A stretch of 64,000 nt of DNA from Actinomycetes bacterium (lineage in GTDB: Bacteria; Armatimonadota; SYMT01): NCBI GenBank assembly GCA_031426395.1, contig JANPLG010000124.1, forward strand, positions 1,851-65,850, written 5' to 3'. The notes below the pieces were generated by a model that was not told the DNA's origin, did no database searches, and worked only from the letters and a program-made list of their open reading frames with translations. Below, piece by piece: positions 25,943 to 35,927 of the stretch. A program made the translations under genes and the position numbers. The number at the start of each line of letters is the position of its first letter. Within the stretch, counting starts at the first letter, position 1.

Positions 25943-27908
25943 CAGGCTGCTCCTTTCGGGTCGAGGCGCGGCGGACCTCGTAGACGCGGACCGGCTGCTC
26001 TTTGCCACGCACGGCAATCTCGCCACGGTCGATGAACTCCGCGAGCGCGGACAACTGCGGGGCACCTTCCTGGAACACCGCCTCGCTCACCAGGAAGACG
26101 GCCGACAGCTCCTTGGTGGCCGACTGGAGACGGGAGCCGAGGTTGACCGTATCACCCAGGGCGGTGAACTGCTCCCGCCGCGCCGTGCCGATGTTGCCGA
26201 CAATCGCCTCGCCCACGTGCGCGCCGATTCCGACCTTGAACGGCGGCAACCCCTCGGCCATCCACAGCTTGTTGAGCTGCTCCAGGCGGTCCTGCATGTT
26301 GAGGCCGCACGCCACCGCCAGCGCCGAGTGATTAGCATCCTCCGGGAGGAACGGTCCGAAGAGCGCCATCACCTCGTCGCCGATGAACTTGTCCAGCACC
26401 CCGCGGAACTGGTCGACGCTGCCGGACATCTCGTCCAGATACTGGCGCATCTGCCGCACGACAACCTCCGGCGGCTGTTGCTCCGAGTACGAGGTGAAGC
26501 CCCGGATGTCCGAGAAGAGCACGGCCACGCGACAGCGCGTCCCCTCCTGGCGCGCCAACTCCGGCTCATCCACAATCTGATCCACCAGCGCCGGCGGGAC
26601 GTACCGTGAGAAGCTCTCCCGAAGCCGCCGCTTCTGCGCCTCCTCTTCGGCAAGCCGCTGGAGGCCCATGGTGACCGTGGCCGCAAGGAAGGCGGTGAGC
26701 ACCGTGGCCCATCCCGGCACCAGCCGTGCGGTCCAGAAGAGAAGTTCCATCGCACCGAGCAGCAGCACAAGCACCGCCGCCGCGCTGAAACTGGCCCGAC
26801 CGGGCGGAAACCGGGAGTAGAGCAGCAGCGGCGCGCCGGCGGCCACCAGCACCAGCGCCCACTGCGCTCCCGCCCCCAGCGGCGCGACCGGCGTCACCGC
26901 CAGCAGGTTCGCCACGATCTCCGCATTGAACTCGACCCCCCGGAGGCCGCTGTCGAGGGGCGTGGGGCGGACATCCGTGGTGCCGGCCGCCGTCTCGCCC
27001 ACCAGCACGATCTTGTCTCGGAACGCTTCCGGGTCGGCCCGGAGCGCCTGATGGAAGCTCATGGTAGGGACGGGTGCGCCTTCGCCCTGGGCGTAGCGGC
27101 TGCCGGAGCGGGCTGACGGCTGCAGGAGCAGGACACCGTCCGGCGCGGGCACCTTGCGTCCGCCCAAACTTAACGCGTCCGGCGCTCCGGCGAGCGCCTC
27201 CTTGAGCGACACTCCCTCGGCGGCACAGGCGGTCATCAGCGCCAGATGCGGCAGCACCTTGCCGCTCTGCGTCATGCGGACCAGCGCCACCCGGCGGTGG
27301 ACACCATCCCCATCCGCCTCCACGTCCACGGAGCCAAGCGCCAGCGCGGCCTTCAGCAGTGCCGCGAATGGGGGCTGGAGCGCCGCATCGTTGACGGGTG
27401 GAAGCGCGCTCCAGAGGGAGGGATCCGGTGCTGAGTCCAGTCGCTGCTGGAAGTCCTGGATATGCCCCAGTTCGGCGCTCCCGAGCGGGCGAAGGTCCTT
27501 CCACTGGTTGAATCCGAGGACCACCCGCCCGTGCTCGCGGATTGCCAGCGAGAAGGCGGCGTCATCCTCTGGATAACGGGTATCCGGCTCCGCGAAGACA
27601 AGGTCGAGCGCCACGGCGTCCGCGTGGCGCAGGGTGCCCAGAAGCCGCGCGTAAAGGGTGCGTCGCCAGTTGGAGAGGCGTCCCAGCTCCTGAACGGAAG
27701 CATCGTCCACGGCCACCACGAGAATGCGTTGGGGGAAGGGCGCGGCGGTTGCGCGTGCCTTCCAGCGCCAATGCTGGTCCGTGAGCCAGCGGTCCAGACC
27801 CGTGGTCAACCCCACCGCCGACGCGACAACGAGCGTTGCCAGCGTCACGCCGAGCGCCCGAAGCCAGAGGGGAGGCGTCATGGGGGAGCGTCGATGGGGG
27901 AGCGTCAA
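25929..27908 (-). CDS. CHASE2-domain class III adenylate/guanylate cyclase
   Basis: N-terminal TM plus CHASE2 (VVAVDDASV..., LDLVFAEPD), TM bundle, C-terminal cyclase domain (VLFSDIRGFTSYSE ... KFIGDEVMALFG). Confidence 0.8.
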   Translation of the reverse strand: MTLPHRRSPMTPPLWLRALGVTLATLVVASAVGLTTGLDRWLTDQHWRWKARATAAPFPQRILVVAVDDASVQELGRLSNWRRTLYARLLGTLRHADAVALDLVFAEPDTRYPEDDAAFSLAIREHGRVVLGFNQWKDLRPLGSAELGHIQDFQQRLDSAPDPSLWSALPPVNDAALQPPFAALLKAALALGSVDVEADGDGVHRRVALVRMTQSGKVLPHLALMTACAAEGVSLKEALAGAPDALSLGGRKVPAPDGVLLLQPSARSGSRYAQGEGAPVPTMSFHQALRADPEAFRDKIVLVGETAAGTTDVRPTPLDSGLRGVEFNAEIVANLLAVTPVAPLGAGAQWALVLVAAGAPLLLYSRFPPGRASFSAAAVLVLLLGAMELLFWTARLVPGWATVLTAFLAATVTMGLQRLAEEEAQKRRLRESFSRYVPPALVDQIVDEPELARQEGTRCRVAVLFSDIRGFTSYSEQQPPEVVVRQMRQYLDEMSGSVDQFRGVLDKFIGDEVMALFGPFLPEDANHSALAVACGLNMQDRLEQLNKLWMAEGLPPFKVGIGAHVGEAIVGNIGTARREQFTALGDTVNLGSRLQSATKELSAVFLVSEAVFQEGAPQLSALAEFIDRGEIAVRGKEQPVRVYEVRRASTRKEQPDGPR

Positions 27909-28077
27909 TGGGGGATGACAGACAGAAGCAGCGTTGTTTCTGCGGAAGTCAGAGGTTTCTGACTGTTCCCATCGGCGGATTGCGCTTCCTTCTCCAGGGA
28001 GGGATCACCCCATCGGCCAACCTTGCGTCCGACTCATCGCATCCCGCTCATCCCATTTCTCACCCGCTAAGCACGAA

Positions 28078-28106
28078 GGCCCTGGTCCCACAGGGAGACC
28101 AGGGCC
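28078..28106 (-). terminator. Hairpin terminator downstream of the RRM protein gene
   Basis: Perfect 10-bp stem GGCCCTGGTC-ccacaggga-GACCAGGGCC located 45 bp past the stop. Confidence 0.45.
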
Positions 28107-28152
28107 TTCGGCCATCATTCGGTTACCAACGGGTTACCGATGGGTAGGGGGC

Positions 28153-28479
28153 TTACCAGCCGCCGCGGCTTCCGCCGCCGCCGCCGCCGCCGCCGTAGCC
28201 ACCGCTGCGGCCACCGCCACCACCGCTGCCGCCGCGATCTTCGCGGGGGCGGGCTTCGTTGACGTTGAGGGTGCGACCGTCCATGGTCTTGCCATTCATG
28301 GCGGCAATTGCGGCTGCGGCCTGATCATCGGCCACGTCCACGAAGCCGAAGCCCTTGGAGCGTCCATCGTGGTCGGAAGGAAGGACCGCTCCGCTGCCGC
28401 CGAACGGCTCGAACGCCTGGTTCAGTTCGTTCTCGGTCGTGTTGAAGGAGAGGTTCCCTACGTATAGTCTCTTGCTCAT
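28153..28479 (-). CDS. Glycine-rich RNA-binding protein (single RRM)
   Basis: RNP2 LYVGNLS and RNP1 KGFGFVDV motifs, plus a C-terminal GGGGRSGGYGGGGGG tail. Confidence 0.9.
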   Translation of the reverse strand: MSKRLYVGNLSFNTTENELNQAFEPFGGSGAVLPSDHDGRSKGFGFVDVADDQAAAAIAAMNGKTMDGRTLNVNEARPREDRGGSGGGGGRSGGYGGGGGGGGSRGGW

Positions 28480-28776
28480 GGTTTCCCTTCCAGGTTGCCG
28501 TCTGGCACACCAGGATCAGAGCGGCTCATCGCGAGCCGCGTGGGTCGATACAGACCGGTCAGGGAGCAAACGCCTGGAGCAAAAAACTCAAAAGCCGTCC
28601 CCGGTGTCGATAGAACACTGGCGGGACGGCTGGCTTTCCGAACAGTAATGCGCTACGAACTCAATCTGAACTTGACGAGCAGAGCTTACCGCACTGCGCC
28701 TGGAGACGCAAGTTCTTTTGAAAAGGGTTGCTCCATTCACGCCTTTCGCTGCGCTGCCCAATGCCCCCTCGGGGAG

Positions 28777-30213
28777 TTAGAGCGACTTCAATAGCAGCTC
28801 CGCCAACTCGGCCGCTTGCTGACGCAACTCCGGGACGGCTGTCGACTCCAGCCGCTCTCCGACCAGAAGGTTGCCCATCGCGAAGATGGCGGGGGCACCG
28901 CTAAGCTGATAAGCCCCGTCCGTGGCCACGCCGACGCTGGATGGATGCGGCAGGGCCAACCCGCTCTCCAAGAGGGAGCGGAGCGGAGGGCGCGACGGCA
29001 ATGCCCGCCCCGGCCCGCGGCAATCGAAGACCAGGCTAGCATACAGGGTGTCGCCGCCCAAAGCGATGCGGACTCCGTCCGCCGTCTTCGTGATGCCATC
29101 GCAGCTCGCGGCAAGGACGCGGAGCTGACCGCTCGCTTGCATCGCCTTAATGCGTGCGGCTACCTCAGCGGGCATCCGGTGGCGGTGGACGTTCCACAGG
29201 CTCTCGTAGCGCCGCAGTAGCCGCCGCTGGTCCACTGTCGGCAGCCTGCGCCAGAGGGCGACCGTATGGGGCCGAAGACCGTCCATCACCGCCTGCCATG
29301 CCACTCCCTCTGCTGCGGCTGCCCGCACCTCCCGCCGCAGGTGCCGCAGAACTCCGGAGAGGCGCGGCGCCTCCCCGAACGCCTCGAGCGACAGCTTCCA
29401 GGGCGGGGCCGGGGCCGCGTGGGGGCGTGGGAACAGCCCGCGCCGTGAGATGGCGACCACCGGCTGCCGCCACCCGGCGCGCTCCAGGCTGAGCAGCGTA
29501 TCGACGGCGGTCAATCCCGTGCCGAGGATAACCACGGGGATTTCGGATTTCGGATCTCGAATTTCGGATTTGGATGCGGGTTGACTGGAGGCAGAAGGCA
29601 CTCCGGTCTCTCCCTCGCCCCCTCGCCCCCTCGCTCCCTCGCTCCCTCGCTCAAAGTCGAACTGCCACGGCTGATGGATCACCCGTGACGACGGCTTGGC
29701 TGCCGCGAAGTGGTTGCCCAGCGCCAGCACCAGCCGATTCGAGAGCAGGCTCTCCCCTTGCGCGAAGTCGACTCGTAGACCCTCAGGCGCTTCGGCGATG
29801 CTCACCGCTTCCTGCGCGATGATGTCCAGCCGGATACCGCCAGCCTCCGCGAGGTACTGCGTCTCGGACCAGCGCTGCCGGAGGTAGTCGCCGTAGAGGC
29901 GGCGCGGCAGGAAGTCGCTTGCTGGCGGCGGCGTGATGAGCCCGGCCTGCCCCAGGCTTTCTGCGGCCGCTTCAGAGGTGAGCCAACGATGGAAGCCGTC
30001 CACCTGCTCCGGTGCGGCGCCCATGACCCCGGCACGCACGTTCAGCAGATGCTCCGGTCGCGCGGTGGCGTAGGCGGCACCGGTGGCGAGGAACGGTCCC
30101 CGGTCGATCAGGGCGATGCTCAGTGGACGGTCGGCTCCTTCCACCAACCGCCGGACAAGCTGACATCCCGCGAAGCCGCCCCCGATGATCGCGATGTGGT
30201 AATGCGGCCTCAT
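28777..30213 (-). CDS. FAD/NAD(P)-binding oxidoreductase family protein carrying an in-frame repeat-element insertion
   Basis: N-terminal IAIIGGGFAGC Rossmann motif and a second VVILGTGLTAVD motif. The linker ...SEGARGRGGEGETGVPSASSQPASKSEIRDPKSEIP... is encoded by (CTCCCTCGC)n at 29607-29652 plus (CGGATTT)n at 29538-29578. Confidence 0.65.
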   Translation of the reverse strand: MRPHYHIAIIGGGFAGCQLVRRLVEGADRPLSIALIDRGPFLATGAAYATARPEHLLNVRAGVMGAAPEQVDGFHRWLTSEAAAESLGQAGLITPPPASDFLPRRLYGDYLRQRWSETQYLAEAGGIRLDIIAQEAVSIAEAPEGLRVDFAQGESLLSNRLVLALGNHFAAAKPSSRVIHQPWQFDFERGSEGARGRGGEGETGVPSASSQPASKSEIRDPKSEIPVVILGTGLTAVDTLLSLERAGWRQPVVAISRRGLFPRPHAAPAPPWKLSLEAFGEAPRLSGVLRHLRREVRAAAAEGVAWQAVMDGLRPHTVALWRRLPTVDQRRLLRRYESLWNVHRHRMPAEVAARIKAMQASGQLRVLAASCDGITKTADGVRIALGGDTLYASLVFDCRGPGRALPSRPPLRSLLESGLALPHPSSVGVATDGAYQLSGAPAIFAMGNLLVGERLESTAVPELRQQAAELAELLLKSL

Positions 30214-30399
30214 CGGCTTTCCGCCATCCTGCTCGGCATTCGGGCGCGGGAGTCAGCTACTTGGCGGCGGGTGTCGTGGCGCATTAAGGGGAGGAGCTGC
30301 ATACGAATAGTCTAGCCCCGCGCAGGAGCGGGTGCCCCGAAGTTCACGTGAGAGGGCAATTCAAATCTGACACCAGGACGACATCGTGTCAAATTTGAT

Positions 30400-30915
30400 A
30401 TGGCATCAAGCGATCTTCCATCCGCAGTTGCGATGCCGTTCCGTGGAGATCCGCCCATGCCCAAAAAGTACGCCGTGCTCCTCACTGAGGGGATGCGCGA
30501 GGAGCTGAACGAGCTGGTCGCCCAGGCGACGGCATCGCCGCGCGAACTGGGGCACGCCCGGATCCTCCTTCAGGCCGACCAGGCACCGGGAGGACCGGCC
30601 ACCCTGCACGGCCAGATCGCGGAGGCGGTGGCCGTCAGTGAGATGACCGTCACCCGCGTCTGTCGGCGCTTTGCGGAGGGCGGGCTGAAGTCGGCGCTCC
30701 ACCGGAAGGTGCAGCAGAACCGCAAGGCCCCCACCCTGAACCGTGCCCAGGAGGCGCTGCTGATAGCCCTGTTCCAGGGCGCCCCGCCGGAAGGGCACAC
30801 CCGCTGGTCACTGCGGCTGCTGGCGGACCAGATGGTGAAGCTGGAGCACGCCAATCGTGTCTCCCACGAGACGGTGCGCCAGGTGCTTAAGAGAGCCGGG
30901 ATGAGCCTCAGTTAG
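30400..30915 (+). mobile_element. IS630-family transposase N-terminal (HTH) fragment, a remnant with no DDE domain following
   Basis: MPKKYAVLLTEGMREELNELV...EMTVTRVCRRFAEGGLKSALHRK...GHTRWSLRLLADQMV matches the IS630 OrfA HTH_32 layout. Likely start MPKKY at 30457. No DDE catalytic region downstream; followed by a heptamer repeat and a low-GC stretch. Confidence 0.6.
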
Positions 30916-31074
30916 ATTTCGAGTTGCGGATTTCGGATTTCGGGTTGCGTGCGGTGACGATCTCTTCTGGCCCAAGGTCAAGCAAGCACGATAATTCTCA
31001 CCTGCTCCTACGGGAGGATGATGAACGGCCGAACCGAAGGTGTCAGCCGTGTCAGCCTCAAGCTCCCAGTACTG

Positions 31075-31200
31075 AACCGAAGAAAGCCGAGGGGTCGCCG
31101 GACAACTCCGTAAACCGTCATTCTGGGCACGTGACCCTTCCGGCGCGCGGACTCACTGCCCTCCCAGAATCCACCCGCACCCGTACTCTGCGTCGGAGCG
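31075..31200. repeat. ~120-bp conserved element, copy 1 (copy 2 inverted at 47545-47665)
   Basis: gacaactccg.aaaccgtca.tctgggcacg..accct.ccggcgcg.ggactcactgccctcccaga.tccacccg.acccg...t.cgcgtcggagcg shared between loci. Confidence 0.6.
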
Positions 31201-31828
31201 TTAGTGGGCCGCTCCTGACGGTCAGGGTTCGGCATCGCTTCGTAACCAGCCGAGTTCCCCTATCCCTCCATCGCGCCGACAGGGCTGCAAACGTTGGCCG
31301 GAGCAGGCGATACTTCCCTGCCCGCACAACCTTGAGAGGATTGCGGATTGCCAGCGGGGTTAGGATCGCGGTCGTCCAGGAGGCATAGTGTCGTGGGTTT
31401 CGCAAGTAGCTCCAGATCATCGAAGTCGATGCGGCATCTAGCGGTCTTTTCGACGCTGCTGATGGTCATCATCTTGGCTGCGTTCTTCGGGTCCGTAGCC
31501 AGTCGAGTGCCGATTTGGGGACTTGATGTCAATCTTGCGGGCATTCGCTTCGAGGCATTGTCTTTTGAAGCGTCCGGGGACCCGCTGCCGCTGCTCAGTC
31601 GAGGGAGTGTCCAGACGCCTGGAAGCGGCAGCTATTGGATGGTGTCGATGATGGGGCGGGTCAATCTTATGGTGGTTTCGCACCCGCAGGGGAGCGCTTC
31701 GGAGGGATGGGCCCCGTTGACCTTTGATCGACCCTCAAAGCGCAGCCGCAGTGCCGTTGAACCCTGATCCCAAGCCAACCCGCATCCCAATCCGAAATCC
31801 GAGATCCGAAATTGAGAAGGTGGACTTG

Positions 31829-33787
31829 ATGATCGATGAGCACGCAATCGAGGCGCTGTTGGATGAGTCGCGCCTCTTCCCGCCGACGCCGGAGTTCGCG
31901 GCGCGCGCCACCCTGAACGACCCGGAGATCTACGCGCGGGCGGAAGCCGACCCCACCGCCTTCTGGGGCGAGGTGGCGCAGGAGCTCACCTGGTCCCGCC
32001 CGTGGGACACCACGCTGACCTGGGAGCCGCCCTTCGCCCGCTGGTTCGAGGGCGGGAGGCTGAACGCCAGCGTCAACTGCCTGGACCGGCACCTCGGCAC
32101 GGCGACGCAGAACAAGGTCGCCATCCACTGGGAGGGGGAGCCGGGCGATGAGCGGACGCTGACCTACCGGCAGCTCTGGCGCGAGGTGTGCAAGTTCGCC
32201 AACGTGCTGAAGGGCCTGGGCGTCCAGAAAGGCGACCGCGTCACGGTTTACATGCCGCTGGTCCCGGAGCTGGTCATCACCTGCCTGGCGTGCGCCCGCA
32301 TCGGTGCCGCGCACTCGGTCGTCTTCGGCGGGTTCAGCGCGGATGCCCTGGCGGACCGGCTGCAGGATTCGCAGTCGAAGGTGGTGGTCACGGCGGATGG
32401 CGGCCACCGGCGCGGCGGCGTGGTGCCGCTGAAGCGAGCGGTCGACAGCGCCCTTGAGCGCAGCCCTTCCGTGGAGAAGGTGGTGGTGCTTGAGCGCGTG
32501 GGCCACCAGCTTGCCCCGGCGCACATGCAGGCCGGGCGGGATGCCTGGTGGCACGACCTGATGGACGGGGCCTCCGCGGAGTGCCCGGCGGAAGAGATGG
32601 ACGCGGAGGACCTGCTCTTCATCCTCTACACCAGCGGCTCCACCGGCAAGCCGAAGGGGATCGCCCACAGCACGGCCGGCTACCTCCTGGGGTGCTACGC
32701 CACCACCAAGTGGGTGTTCGACCTCAAGCCGGAGGATGTCTACTGGTGCACCGCGGATGTCGGCTGGATCACCGGCCATAGCTACGTGATCTACGGGCCG
32801 CTCTCCAACGGGGCCACGCAGGTGATCTACGAAGGGGCACCCGACTACCCCGCGAAGGACCGCTTCTGGGCGCTCATTGAGAAGTACGGCGTGAGCATCT
32901 TCTACACGGCGACGACCGCCATCCGTGCCTTCATGAAGTGGGGCGAGGAGTATCCCCGCGCGCACGATCTCACCACCCTCCGCCTCCTCGGCAGCGTGGG
33001 CGAGCCGATCAACCCCGAGGCCTGGATGTGGTACCGCGAGATCATCGGCGGGGACCGGTGCCCCATCGTGGATACCTGGTGGCAGACCGAGACGGGGCAC
33101 ATCATGATCAGTCCGCTCCCCGGACTGGTCGCCGCGAAGCCGGGCTCCGCCACCCGTCCTCTGCCGGGAATCCTGGCGGACGTGGTCGATGCCAATGGCG
33201 TGAGCGTTCCGCCGGGCGGCGGGGGCTACCTGGTGCTCACGCACCCGTGGCCCGGAATGCTTCGGACGCTCTACGGGGACCCGGAGCGGTTCAAGGAGAC
33301 CTACTGGAGCCGCTTCCCCGGCATCTACTTCACCGGTGACGGAGCGAAGCGGGACAAGGACGGCTACCTCTGGATCCTCGGCCGCGTGGACGACGTGATG
33401 AACGTCTCCGGCCACCGGCTCTCAACCATGGAAGTGGAGAGCGCCCTGGTCGACCATCCTGCGGTGGCTGAAGCCGCCGTGATTGGGAAGAAGCACGACC
33501 TGAAGGGCGAGGTGCCCGTGGCCTTCGTGACGGTGAAGCAGGGGGTGACGGCGGACAACAACCTGGCGGACAAGCTGAAGGAGCATGTGGTCAAGAAGAT
33601 CGGCGCCATTGCGCGGCCTGACAGCATCGTCTTCACCGCGGAGCTGCCCAAGACCCGCAGCGGCAAGATCATGCGCCGCCTATTGCGTGACGTGGCGGAA
33701 AGCCGCACCCTCGGCGACACCACCACCCTCGCTGATCCGGCGGTCGTGGCCTCGCTCCGGGAGAAGCACGAGGCCAACGAAGGTTAG
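31829..33787 (+). CDS. acs: Acetyl-coenzyme A synthetase
   Basis: Full-length AMP-forming Acs: [19 protein letters not shown]-terminal [11 protein letters not shown]. Start MIDEHAIE with RBS gagaaggtgg; the ORF track gives 31724. Confidence 0.9.
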   Translation: MIDEHAIEALLDESRLFPPTPEFAARATLNDPEIYARAEADPTAFWGEVAQELTWSRPWDTTLTWEPPFARWFEGGRLNASVNCLDRHLGTATQNKVAIHWEGEPGDERTLTYRQLWREVCKFANVLKGLGVQKGDRVTVYMPLVPELVITCLACARIGAAHSVVFGGFSADALADRLQDSQSKVVVTADGGHRRGGVVPLKRAVDSALERSPSVEKVVVLERVGHQLAPAHMQAGRDAWWHDLMDGASAECPAEEMDAEDLLFILYTSGSTGKPKGIAHSTAGYLLGCYATTKWVFDLKPEDVYWCTADVGWITGHSYVIYGPLSNGATQVIYEGAPDYPAKDRFWALIEKYGVSIFYTATTAIRAFMKWGEEYPRAHDLTTLRLLGSVGEPINPEAWMWYREIIGGDRCPIVDTWWQTETGHIMISPLPGLVAAKPGSATRPLPGILADVVDANGVSVPPGGGGYLVLTHPWPGMLRTLYGDPERFKETYWSRFPGIYFTGDGAKRDKDGYLWILGRVDDVMNVSGHRLSTMEVESALVDHPAVAEAAVIGKKHDLKGEVPVAFVTVKQGVTADNNLADKLKEHVVKKIGAIARPDSIVFTAELPKTRSGKIMRRLLRDVAESRTLGDTTTLADPAVVASLREKHEANEG

Positions 33788-33888
33788 GGCTCAATTGCGG
33801 ATTTCGGATTGGCAGACGGGACGGGTTCTGCTTTGCCAGCAAGTTCAGTGTCCCCACGGTGCGCCCGCGCTCCGTGGGGTTCTCCCTC

Positions 33889-35184
33889 TCAGCTTGGGAT
33901 GAACCAGCCGGCGGTGCGGGTCTCCGGCCGCAGATAGGCGCTGGCCACGCGAATCAGGTCGTCACGGGTCACGGCGCGGAGCCGGTCGAGATGGCGGTTG
34001 ACGTCCGACCAGTGCCCGTGAAGCTGGAAGTTGAGCAGGGCATAAGCCTGGCTGGTGACGCCGTCACGGCCGTAGGCGAACTGGGCTTCGGCCTGGCGAA
34101 GCGCCCGCGCCATCTCCTCGGCAGAGGGCGGGTCCGCCGCGATGCCTTCCAGCACCGCTTCCAGAGCGGCCTCGGCCGCCGTCGGCTCCTGCCCCGGACG
34201 GAGCGTGAGGCTGGCACTGAAGGCAGCGGGGTCGACCGCCGCACGGTACCCGGTGCCAGCGTTGATCGCCATGCGGCTCTCTACGAGGGCGAGATAGACC
34301 CGGCTGCTTCGGCCCATGAAGCCGCCGCCGGACCAGCTCACCGACTTGCCGCCGCTCAGGATGGCATCCAGAAACGCCAGCGGGTAGACGTCCGCATGGC
34401 CCCAGGCGGGTGCCCGGTACGCCAGCGAGAGGTAGGCCGAAGGTCCGGGGTCACGCACCTCCACCCGCCGTTCTTCCCTCTGCTCCGGCTCAGGGGGCGG
34501 GCCATGAGGCACCGGGCCACCGGGCACGATCCCCTCGAACCAGTGGCGCACCTGGGCCAGCAGGGACTCCGTCTGGAACGCGCCGACCACCACCAGCACC
34601 GCATTGCCCGGCGTGTAGTACGTTCGGTAGTGTCCCAGGAGATCTGTGTGGGTCATCCGCTCCAGGTCGGCGCGCGTGCCGAGCACCGGCCAGCGGTAGG
34701 GATGCTGGTGGAAGACCGCCTCGCCCATCCGCTCGCCCAAGTGGTAGTGCGGGTGGTTCTCGGCACCGTCGCGCTCTGCCAGGATCACCGTCCGCTCGCG
34801 CTCCGTCTCCTCCGCCTCGAAGAGGGCGAAGGCCATCCGCTGGCTCTCGATCTCCAGCGCGACCTCCAGGTGCTCGGAGGGCAGCGTCTCGTAGTAGATG
34901 GTGAAGTCGTCCGAGGTGAAGCCGTTGTTGGTGCCGCCGTAGCGGGAGACCCGGCGAAACAGCTCCCCTTTGGGCAGGCGCTCGGTTCCCTTGAACGTCA
35001 TGTGCTCCACCCAGTGGCTGGCACCGGTGATCCCCGGGCGCTCATTGCGCACCCCGACGCGGTAGCCGACCCAGCAGGTGGCAACCGGCGCGGCGTGGTT
35101 CTCCGCCAGGAGGACGGTCAGGCCGTTGGAGAAGGTGACTTCAGTGACGGGAAGCAAGTGGGGGGTGTCCGGCGGCTCGCGCAC
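33889..35184 (-). CDS. Peptidase M16 (insulinase/pitrilysin family) zinc protease
   Basis: HWVEHMTFKG inverted HxxEH zinc motif and a downstream E...E block. Confidence 0.8.
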   Translation of the reverse strand: MREPPDTPHLLPVTEVTFSNGLTVLLAENHAAPVATCWVGYRVGVRNERPGITGASHWVEHMTFKGTERLPKGELFRRVSRYGGTNNGFTSDDFTIYYETLPSEHLEVALEIESQRMAFALFEAEETERERTVILAERDGAENHPHYHLGERMGEAVFHQHPYRWPVLGTRADLERMTHTDLLGHYRTYYTPGNAVLVVVGAFQTESLLAQVRHWFEGIVPGGPVPHGPPPEPEQREERRVEVRDPGPSAYLSLAYRAPAWGHADVYPLAFLDAILSGGKSVSWSGGGFMGRSSRVYLALVESRMAINAGTGYRAAVDPAAFSASLTLRPGQEPTAAEAALEAVLEGIAADPPSAEEMARALRQAEAQFAYGRDGVTSQAYALLNFQLHGHWSDVNRHLDRLRAVTRDDLIRVASAYLRPETRTAGWFIPS

Positions 35185-35360
35185 GCCCAGAATGCCGTGG
35201 CGTGCTAGGGGCGGTGCGGAGGACTATACCGGCATTCCCCGCCACGCGTCAGGGAAGCGAACGGTCTGCCCGCCCTGCCCAGGCATCCGTCCCGGACAAT
35301 TCTTGGTAGGCCTTTTTCAACGGGGCATAGTAAGGGTATGAGGAGTGCGGAGGCAGAACC

Positions 35361-35648
35361 ATGACGGAAGGCAGCTACACGCAGATTGAGAAGGGAATGC
35401 GCGTCATCGCGCCGGACGGGCACACGCTGGGCAGCGTGACCGAGGTCCTGTACGACGAAGGCAGCGACATCTTTGTCGGCCTGGTGATCCAGCACGACTC
35501 CTTCCGCCAGCCGTGCCTGGTGCATGGCCAGCACATCGAGGGGCTCCGGGACCGCGTGGTCCACCTCAGCGTGGACGAGAGCGCGATGGAACCCTACGTC
35601 TCCGCGGAAGAGCGGTACCGGGAAGTGGCCGCCCGCAACGCCAGCTGA
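35361..35648 (+). CDS. Small PRC-barrel/DUF2171-like protein
   Basis: MRVIAPDGHTLGSVTEVLYDEGSDIFVGLVIQ pattern typical of DUF2171. Confidence 0.45.
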   Translation: MTEGSYTQIEKGMRVIAPDGHTLGSVTEVLYDEGSDIFVGLVIQHDSFRQPCLVHGQHIEGLRDRVVHLSVDESAMEPYVSAEERYREVAARNAS

Positions 35649-35927
35649 GAGCGCCAGGACCACGGCACAGTCAATACGAGAGGTCGAAGGGAAGTCGCTC
35701 CAGGCTTCCGCGGCCTCTCGATTTGCCGTGAGATCAACGGCGCGCCTTCCCTTTCCAAGGGCCTATGGATCGCCATCCCGGCGCCGCTCCCCGGCGAGTC
35801 GCTTCACGCGCCGTATCTCGGTGGGGAACGGTATGTTAAACTCACGGTGCTTTCCCGCAAGCAGGATGCTCGGGGGCTTCTTTGTTTGCCGAATACCCCG
35901 AGCCATGCTGTTCGCTCTTTCGACCGG

